Source of the DNA: a phage
Reading direction: 5' to 3' (one strand)
DNA: 64,000 bases
Sequence record: PV357171.2
Shown: positions 57,364-64,000 of the stretch, in pieces
Numbering within the stretch: position 1 is the first letter of the stretch
Layout: every line of letters begins with the position of its first letter
Position numbers and translations under genes: made by a program
Notes under the pieces: model-generated
What the model was told of the DNA's origin: nothing
The model's input: the letters and a program-made list of their open reading frames with translations, nothing else
Databases searched by the model: none

Positions 57364-57391
57364 AGCTTTCTCCTCTCAAATTTATAAATCA

Positions 57392-57420
57392 ATTATACAT
57401 AAATTTTTGGCTGAAAGCAA
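57392..57420 (-). promoter_or_regulatory. T5-type early promoter (TTGCTT-17-TATAAT)
   Basis: Read from sequence; conserved downstream AAATTTGAGAGGAG. Confidence 0.6.
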
Positions 57421-57462
57421 ATAAAATAAAAGCCAGGTCGACTAGCAACCTGGCTGATTAGC

Positions 57463-59289
57463 TTACTTAAGATTTAAGTGTTTTACTCTACCAAGTACTT
57501 CTTTTTGTTTCCCAGAATTGAAAGGCCTACTGCCCGGGGATCCCAGGTACCCGCAAACCCTACGTGTAACCTCTATTTCTTCAGATCCACAACTCGGACA
57601 TACAAACCCACGTTCAGAGGCAACAGATTCACCCATATACCCACAGTTGAAGCACTCATCAATTGGTATATTAACACCAATATAATGACTACATTCTAGT
57701 CCCTTATCTACTACGTATTCAAGAGCTTTATGGAACTTTTTCATTTGTGGTAGTTCCACAAACGATATATTACCACCATTAGCTATTTTGGTGAAATGAG
57801 CTTCATACTCAAATTTAGTATCCGGAGCTACCTTCTCCCTTACGTCCAAATGATGACTATTAGTGAGATAGCCTTTATCTGTTAGCCAAGAATACTCAGG
57901 GAACCTACGTTCCAGTAGTTTATTAAAGCGATTACATAGAGACTCACTAGGAGTAGCATACAAGCTAAACCCAAGATTAGTCTCATTAGCTTTAACTTCG
58001 CAACGATTTTTTAGGTGAGTAAGAACTTCCTCTGTAAATTCAATACAGTCCCTATGAGTCTGCGGTAAACTAAACATTATTTGGCACATCTCATAGACCC
58101 CAATATACCCAAGAGATACAGAAGATCTACCCTCAAAAATTGGCCATACATACTCTTCCCTATCTAAACGCACACCAAAACCACCGTGCATATAAAGAAT
58201 AGGGGCTTGTTTAGCCTTCACTTTCTTAAGTCTATCCAAGAAAAAATCATGAGCTTCAAAAGCCTCATCCACATATTTGTCCAGAATATCCCAGAAATCT
58301 TCAAAAACCCCATCTGCCTCAGCAGCAACCATAGGTAGATTAATAGACACTACACCTAAATTATTGCGCCCTGCAATTTCTCCGGAGGGGATAGCAGATA
58401 AAAAGCTACGACAACCCATAGGGGCTTTAAAATCACCAGTAACAGCTATAACTTTCTCATAGCTTAAATAGTCTGGGTACATACGGGTAGCAGAACACTC
58501 AAGTGCTAGCTGTTTTATATCATAGTTAGGATCGCCTGGATTTTTATTTAACCCTTCTTTAACTGAGAATACTAGTTTAGGGAAGATAGGGGTTGACTCG
58601 GCAGCACCTAAACCTTTAATACGATTTTGGAGGATGGCTTTCTGAATCATCCTTTCCTCCCACTCCTGACCTAATCCAAAGCCAAGCGTAACAAAAGGGG
58701 TCTGCCCGTTAGAGTTAAATAATGAATTAGTTTCATACTCTAGAGCTTGGAATGCATCATAACACTCTTTTTCAGTAAGCTCAGTAGCATACACAGCAGC
58801 TTTTCTTTCATCCTTGAGCCAACGTAGCCCACGACCCAGATGTTTATTGTAAGACTTTCTGACATACGGGGCTAGAACCTCGTCGATACGATCAATAGAG
58901 GTACCACCATACTGAGCACCAGATACTTGGGCAATAATCTGAGCAGTGATTGCACATGCAGTAGTTATGGATTTAGGAGTTTCAATATTTGCATTACCGA
59001 TTTTAGTACCATTCTTCAGCATGCCCCCCAGATCTACTAAACAACAGTTGGTGTACCCTTGTGCTCTGTAGTCCATGTCATGAATGTGTATTTTACCTAG
59101 ATTATGCGCGTCTAACAGGTGTTTAGGTAATTCTTGCGATACTAAATACTTGTTAATTTCCCCAGCTAATAAGTCCCTTTGAGTATGGAACATCTCACTA
59201 GGCTTATTAGCATTATTATGTTGTAAGTCTTTATCCGCAGTTAGAGTGAGCAGACCTTTGCAATTTTCAATTAATTCATTCTCTGTCAT
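57463..59289 (-). CDS. nrdD: anaerobic ribonucleoside-triphosphate reductase (class III)
   Basis: 608 aa; C-terminal glycyl-radical motif RVCGYLG; zinc-binding Cys cluster CFNCGY...CPSCG. Confidence 0.85.
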   Translation of the reverse strand: MTENELIENCKGLLTLTADKDLQHNNANKPSEMFHTQRDLLAGEINKYLVSQELPKHLLDAHNLGKIHIHDMDYRAQGYTNCCLVDLGGMLKNGTKIGNANIETPKSITTACAITAQIIAQVSGAQYGGTSIDRIDEVLAPYVRKSYNKHLGRGLRWLKDERKAAVYATELTEKECYDAFQALEYETNSLFNSNGQTPFVTLGFGLGQEWEERMIQKAILQNRIKGLGAAESTPIFPKLVFSVKEGLNKNPGDPNYDIKQLALECSATRMYPDYLSYEKVIAVTGDFKAPMGCRSFLSAIPSGEIAGRNNLGVVSINLPMVAAEADGVFEDFWDILDKYVDEAFEAHDFFLDRLKKVKAKQAPILYMHGGFGVRLDREEYVWPIFEGRSSVSLGYIGVYEMCQIMFSLPQTHRDCIEFTEEVLTHLKNRCEVKANETNLGFSLYATPSESLCNRFNKLLERRFPEYSWLTDKGYLTNSHHLDVREKVAPDTKFEYEAHFTKIANGGNISFVELPQMKKFHKALEYVVDKGLECSHYIGVNIPIDECFNCGYMGESVASERGFVCPSCGSEEIEVTRRVCGYLGSPGSRPFNSGKQKEVLGRVKHLNLK

Positions 59290-59947
59290 TGATTATTTCC
59301 TCGATAAACCTTGCTACTATTTCTGGCTCAATACTAAAAAATTCTGTAGCACCATCAAAATCTTTGTACTGACAATTATATTCCTTAAACTGTAAATGGG
59401 CCTCTCTTTCAATACGCATAGCTTTTGATCTATCTGAAAAGCTATATTCCTTAAATATTTTTAAATCATGTATGTTAGAAGAAGTTTTAATATCTCTGAG
59501 TCTATCTTTAGTTCTGCTAGACACCCCTATTTTGGTTCCCACACTACTTATTAAAATATATACGTTAGTAGGATAATTATCCTTCTCTAATAAACATATA
59601 GGACAACCAGAATTATGATTTCTAACACTATCAAGTGTAGACTCCCATCTATGATTATTCTCACAGCTGAACATAATTTTACTCTTAGAATTGATGTATT
59701 TACCTTCCATCTTTATTCCACGAGCAGCTAAGGATTCATTTACCTCTTTAAGATCTAAAGTACGACTAGCACAATAAGGGCAACCTCTCCCACCTTTTAC
59801 ATTATCTACTCTAGCCTCCCAGATATGTCCATTAGAGCACTTAAATACAGCATTGGATTTAGCTGATATATACGTGCTTAGCATAATTATTCCTCTGGGA
59901 GCAAGTGTTAAGTTCACATCTTCTGTAGTTATTTTCTTTCTTACCAT
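59276..59947 (-). CDS. putative homing endonuclease, T5orf172/GIY-YIG-like with N-terminal zinc-ribbon repeats (paralog of 7630..8268)
   Basis: CPYC and CPIC modules; YILISSVGTKIGVS...R...E; own promoter and SD. Confidence 0.6.
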   Translation of the reverse strand: MVRKKITTEDVNLTLAPRGIIMLSTYISAKSNAVFKCSNGHIWEARVDNVKGGRGCPYCASRTLDLKEVNESLAARGIKMEGKYINSKSKIMFSCENNHRWESTLDSVRNHNSGCPICLLEKDNYPTNVYILISSVGTKIGVSSRTKDRLRDIKTSSNIHDLKIFKEYSFSDRSKAMRIEREAHLQFKEYNCQYKDFDGATEFFSIEPEIVARFIEEIINDRE

Positions 59948-59968
59948 TAAATTCTCCTTAATTCACAT

Positions 59969-59997
59969 ATTATACACAATTCCACCCCATAAGTCAA
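59969..59997 (-). promoter_or_regulatory. sigma70 promoter TTGACT-17-TATAAT for T5orf172-like gene
   Basis: Read from sequence. Confidence 0.6.
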
Positions 59998-60169
59998 CTA
60001 CATTTTTCTAATACTATTTGACTTTTGATTTTTATCAATTTTTATTGATGCTATACAGCATAATATCTTTACATATAAATAAATGATTATCTAGTATCAT
60101 ATTTTTACCTTTATAAGCAAGTAAATTTTTTACTTAAAAGCAATATCATAGGTTTATTTAAAATTATAC

Positions 60170-60198
60170 TTGCTTTTTGCTGTAAACCTTGTTATAAT
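60170..60198 (+). promoter_or_regulatory. sigma70 promoter TTGCTT-17-TATAAT upstream of phoH
   Basis: Read from sequence. Confidence 0.6.
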
Positions 60199-60265
60199 AT
60201 ATTTGTAAGTTGATAAACAAGATCTCTTTGTTGATCCTCTGTTAGAAGCGAAGTACACTATAGGA

Positions 60266-61027
60266 GTGTTATTTATGGGAAAAGCACGTCAAAAAAGAGA
60301 GAACCGCAATGGTTCAAGAAAGCGTGGCAACAAATATGAGAATAACGTAATTCAGGCTGATTTTTCTAATGATTACGCTAACCCAGTTGCTAAATCCCTA
60401 GTAGGTAAAAACCGCGAGCAAAAATCATATATCAATATGATCAAGAACAACACAGTGACTGTGGGTATCGGTGAGCCAGGTACTGGTAAAACCTTTATTC
60501 CGTCCGTTCTTGCAGCTCAGGAACTCGTAGACATTCACTCAGATATTGAGCAAGTGATTCTCGTACGTCCTAATGAACCTCTAGGTAAGTCTCTTGGTAT
60601 GCTTCCTGGTGATCTGGCGGAAAAGCTAGAGCCTTGGTTAGAGCCAATAGCTGATGGTATGAAATGGGCCATCGGCGATCATGCCTATAAGGGATATGTC
60701 GAACGTCAGAAAATTAAATTTTTGGCTGTCGAACATGCTCGTGGCAGAACTTTCAACAACTCCTATGTAATTGTCGATGAAGCTCAGAATATTTCCGTTG
60801 AGGCAATGATTTGTCTCCTAACTCGTGTAGGGCAAGACTGCCGTTTAATTATCTGCGGAGATATAGCTCAGAAAGACATTAAAGGTGACTCAGGTCTAGC
60901 ACTCCTTATGGAAGTCTATGAGAAATATGAAAATGCCCCATTCTCAATGATCGAATTGATTGATAACGTTCGTTCTGTTGAGTCTAAAGCATTCTATGAT
61001 ATTTTTAAAGATATGGGAAAGGTGTAA
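60266..61027 (+). CDS. phoH: PhoH-like ATPase
   Basis: Walker A GEPGTGKT; Walker B VIVDEAQN; 253 aa. Confidence 0.8.
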   Translation: MLFMGKARQKRENRNGSRKRGNKYENNVIQADFSNDYANPVAKSLVGKNREQKSYINMIKNNTVTVGIGEPGTGKTFIPSVLAAQELVDIHSDIEQVILVRPNEPLGKSLGMLPGDLAEKLEPWLEPIADGMKWAIGDHAYKGYVERQKIKFLAVEHARGRTFNNSYVIVDEAQNISVEAMICLLTRVGQDCRLIICGDIAQKDIKGDSGLALLMEVYEKYENAPFSMIELIDNVRSVESKAFYDIFKDMGKV

Positions 61028-61028
61028 T

Positions 61029-61271
61029 ATGGGAAACGTCGTTCATCTGAGCCGTAAAACTAAAATACATCGTACTTCACTGAGTGCTGCTAATATGATT
61101 ACACGTAAGGAAGGGGAAGAAAGTCCTAAGACAGCCCTAGCGTGGAAAATTGTAACCTCAAATCCAAATAAACCATTCAATTATAACGAGCTGAGCACCT
61201 CTATAGATATTCTATTAAAAGAAGTAGCTAGAGCTAAAGTAATTGAACAAGCTAAAAAGCTAGACTGGTAA
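61029..61271 (+). CDS. hypothetical protein (80 aa; trimmed from track ORF 60960..61271)
   Basis: ATG immediately after phoH stop. Confidence 0.3.
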   Translation: MGNVVHLSRKTKIHRTSLSAANMITRKEGEESPKTALAWKIVTSNPNKPFNYNELSTSIDILLKEVARAKVIEQAKKLDW

Positions 61272-61392
61272 TATACAGGGCCTGGGTATGAAAATACTCG
61301 GGCCTTTTCTATCAGAAAATTTTATTTGCCTAATGACAGATAATAAAGTAGAATATTCCTTAAATCCTGATAACTATAAAAAGGAAAGCCAA

Positions 61393-63723
61393 ATGAGCCA
61401 TCGCATTGAAAAAGTAATTAAACGTGACGGTACTGTAGAAGACTTTGCTCCTGAAAAACTCAATGGTTGGGCAGAGTATGGTTGCAAAACAGTTGATGTA
61501 AGTTGGTCAGCCATTACTATGGCTGCTCAAAAAACTCTGCCTAAGGGGGTTGTAGATTCCGACACTCTGATGGACGCATTAATTAAAGCTGCTGAAAGTC
61601 TTATCAAAGATAACCCAGCATACGATGTGCCAGCAAAGGAATTACGTCTTGCGCAAATGCGTAAACGCCTTTACGACTCTTTCGAACCACCTTCTCTACG
61701 CTTCTTCCATGACCATATGGTTAGCGTAGGTGCATGGGAAGACATGAGTGCATGGATTACCGATGAGCAGTTCGAAGCTCTGAATCAGGTTATCGACCAT
61801 GATCGTGACCGTCTTTTTACTAGTGGTGGACTGAAACAGTTCTTTGATAAGTATTCCCGTCGTAACATAGCCACTGGTGAAATTTATGAAACTCCGCAGT
61901 TTGCCTACATGGGTATGGCAATGGCGATGTTATCTCAACCTAACTGGACAATTCTAGATGCAATCGACCTCTACAACGCAATGTCACTCCACAAAATCAA
62001 CGTTCCTACGCCGCCACTGGTTGGTCTGCGCTCTAGTGACCGTGGATTTGCTAGTTGCTGCCTCGTGGATTCCACTGACACGTTGGATTCAATCGACACC
62101 GCCGAGCACATCGTCTTCAAAATGGTCGCAGCCAGAGCGGGAATCGGGTATCATCTTGAAAGCCGATCAATTGCTGATCCGGTGCGAAATGGGGCATTCC
62201 CGCATTCCGGAAAACTGCCATATTATCGACACATTGACCGCTCAGTAAAGGCCAATACTCAGCAAACTCGTGGTGGTTCTGCCACAGTGTCTTATCCGTA
62301 CTTCGACCCTGAAATCATTCAATTGATGCAGGTTAAGCAACAACGTGCTACAGATGAGAATAAAATCGATAAGATGGATTATTCTCTGAGCTTCAACAAT
62401 CTTTTGTTAAAACGTTATCTGAAAAATGAAGATATTACGCTAATGTCATACTTCTATGCTCCAGAAGTTCATGAAGCGTTTTATAGTGATGACGAGGCTA
62501 AATTTGAAGAAATCTATGTGGCAGCGGAGAAACGTGTGGCATCTCTTACAAAGATCGACCATGAAGGAAAAACAGTTCCAGCAGCTCCTAAAGTCTCTGC
62601 AAAAGAAATCCTAGATACTTGGCTACGTATCCGAATGGAAACAGGACGTATGTATGCCCACCACATCGGGGAATCTAATCGTCACGGTAACTTCCTTGAT
62701 CCGATCCGTATGACAAACCTTTGTGTTGAAATTACTCAGCCTACGCGCCCGTTCCACCACATTACAGAGTTGTATAAGACAAAAGAACAACTTGATCAAA
62801 TGAAGCCGGAGGATATTGGTGAAGTATCTCTGTGTAACTTAGGTGGTGTTGTACTTGGACGCATGGAATCTCTGGCTGAGTGGGAAAAAACTTGCTACAT
62901 CCTCCTGAAATTCGTTGATACAATTATTGAAATTCAGGATTACCCATTCCCAACTATGGAATATACGGCTAAGAAACGTCGTAATGTTGGTATTGGTCTG
63001 ATGAACGCAGCAGGTGCAATGGCAGCAGAAGGTCTGGCTTACGAAGGTATTGAAGCACGTAACTGGATTCATCGTGAAGCTGAAAAATTGTCCTACTTCC
63101 TGCATAAAGCCTCTGTACGTCTAGCCAAAGAGCAAGGTGCATGTGAGTGGTTTGATCGTACTAAACCATCTAAAGGAATTCTGGTAATCGACACGTACAA
63201 GAAAACTGTTGATGAACTGGTATCCGTAGGTCTAGAAATGGATTGGGAGTCTCTGCGTGCAGATATTCTGAAATACGGTATGCGTAACTCTGTTCTGACT
63301 GCGCAGATGCCGGGAGAAAGTTCTTCCGTTCTATTAGGGGTTACTAACTCTATTGAACCACCTCGTAAGATTGTATCTATCAAGGGTAGTGCAGTGAATA
63401 AAGTAATTGCAATTGCTCCAGGTGCAACCGACTGGGAAACGTTAATGAGCTATAAACTGGCTTATGATATTGATCGCACTGAGTGGATCAAGTGGAATGC
63501 CGTTTACCAAAAATTCTTGAGTCAGTCATCAAGTTTCCAGATGTATTATGATTACTCTAAATTCGAGAATGAAATCATCCCTGGCCCAGTAGTAATTCGT
63601 GATTTTATGACTGCGGTTAAGTATGGCATAAAAACCTGGTATTATGCTAACTTTAACACTGCGAATGGTGGAGGAGCTGGTGAGGAAGCAGCGGGTTGTG
63701 CTTCTGGTGGTTGCCAGTTATAA
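61393..63723 (+). CDS. nrdA: ribonucleoside-diphosphate reductase large subunit (class Ia); start trimmed to ATG with SD AAGGAAAG
   Basis: ATP-cone VIKRDGTVEDF at N-terminus; C-terminal CxxGGC-like tail GCASGGCQL; catalytic-site region NLCVEI. Confidence 0.85.
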   Translation: MSHRIEKVIKRDGTVEDFAPEKLNGWAEYGCKTVDVSWSAITMAAQKTLPKGVVDSDTLMDALIKAAESLIKDNPAYDVPAKELRLAQMRKRLYDSFEPPSLRFFHDHMVSVGAWEDMSAWITDEQFEALNQVIDHDRDRLFTSGGLKQFFDKYSRRNIATGEIYETPQFAYMGMAMAMLSQPNWTILDAIDLYNAMSLHKINVPTPPLVGLRSSDRGFASCCLVDSTDTLDSIDTAEHIVFKMVAARAGIGYHLESRSIADPVRNGAFPHSGKLPYYRHIDRSVKANTQQTRGGSATVSYPYFDPEIIQLMQVKQQRATDENKIDKMDYSLSFNNLLLKRYLKNEDITLMSYFYAPEVHEAFYSDDEAKFEEIYVAAEKRVASLTKIDHEGKTVPAAPKVSAKEILDTWLRIRMETGRMYAHHIGESNRHGNFLDPIRMTNLCVEITQPTRPFHHITELYKTKEQLDQMKPEDIGEVSLCNLGGVVLGRMESLAEWEKTCYILLKFVDTIIEIQDYPFPTMEYTAKKRRNVGIGLMNAAGAMAAEGLAYEGIEARNWIHREAEKLSYFLHKASVRLAKEQGACEWFDRTKPSKGILVIDTYKKTVDELVSVGLEMDWESLRADILKYGMRNSVLTAQMPGESSSVLLGVTNSIEPPRKIVSIKGSAVNKVIAIAPGATDWETLMSYKLAYDIDRTEWIKWNAVYQKFLSQSSSFQMYYDYSKFENEIIPGPVVIRDFMTAVKYGIKTWYYANFNTANGGGAGEEAAGCASGGCQL

Positions 63724-63732
63724 TAAAAACAA

Positions 63733-63757
63733 GGAGATCTTCGGGTCTCCTTTTTCT
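63733..63757 (+). terminator. terminator after nrdA (GGAGATC-TTCG-GGTCTCC + T-tract)
   Basis: Read from sequence. Confidence 0.7.
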
Positions 63758-63769
63758 TTGAAATTTTAC

Positions 63770-63798
63770 TTGCTAATCGCTACCTGATTTGCTATAAT
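63770..63798 (+). promoter_or_regulatory. sigma70 promoter TTGCTA-17-TATAAT
   Basis: Read from sequence. Confidence 0.6.
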
Positions 63799-63804
63799 AT
63801 CTAT

Positions 63805-64000
63805 ATGAAATTAACACAGAGTAGATTAAAAGAGCTAATCTCCTATGACCCTGAAACTGGCGAATTTACCTGGCTCCCAAGAAAAACTTTAGCAAAGCAT
63901 TTATGGAATGCTAAAGCAGGAACCTACGATAAATTAGGGTATCTTCGTATAAAAGTTGAAGGAGTTCAATATTTAGCTCATCGCCTAGCCTTCTTGTATA
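63805..64000 (+). CDS. HNH homing endonuclease, 5' part (continues beyond window)
   Basis: N-terminal SYDPETGEFTW motif shared with other HNH genes here. Confidence 0.6.
   Translation, partial: MKLTQSRLKELISYDPETGEFTWLPRKTLAKHLWNAKAGTYDKLGYLRIKVEGVQYLAHRLAFLY

Noticed and set aside
60960-61271. 103-aa ORF overlapping the 3' end of phoH
   Set aside because: The upstream part overlaps phoH in another frame; only the portion after the phoH stop (61029..61271) was kept, at low confidence.
61288-61392. N-terminal extension of nrdA in the track ORF (MKILGPFLSENFICLMTD...)
   Set aside because: The ATP-cone begins at the internal ATG at 61393, which has a good SD (AAGGAAAG); the extension has no RBS.

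Overview
This window reads as a contiguous segment of a T5-like (Tequintavirus-type) siphophage genome. Identification rests on gene order, protein lengths and motifs read from the ORF track, plus an early promoter on the minus strand at about 49720..49790 that matches my recollection of the classic T5 PN25 promoter; no database search was run. Layout: (1) 1..~3500, a pre-early/terminal-repeat-like region (A1-like C-terminus, two small ORFs, dmp 5'-deoxynucleotidase, an HNH endonuclease, and a translationally coupled chain of five small membrane-protein genes); (2) the divergent llp lipoprotein / receptor-binding protein pair; (3) 5660..31128 on the plus strand, the late structural module from terminase through tape measure, baseplate and a two-gene L-shaped tail fiber; (4) 31188..59947 on the minus strand, the early replication and nucleotide-metabolism module (dUTPase, flap endonuclease, SbcCD-like nuclease, helicases, family A DNA polymerase, primase, split NAD-dependent ligase, a Sir2-like/HAD-like operon, anaerobic RNR) interspersed with HNH and T5orf172-type homing endonuclease genes; (5) 60266..64000 on the plus strand, phoH, nrdA and the start of another HNH gene. 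I did not find a clearly novel multi-gene system. The most notable anomalies are a major capsid gene split across two frames, a candidate +1 frameshift between two tail-chaperone ORFs, a previously unlisted 35-codon member of the small membrane-protein chain, an ORF-free GC-shifted 450-bp segment, and an early operon combining a Sir2-family protein, an HAD-like phosphatase and a tandem paralog pair. All functional calls are from motifs and synteny by eye and need homology searches to confirm.
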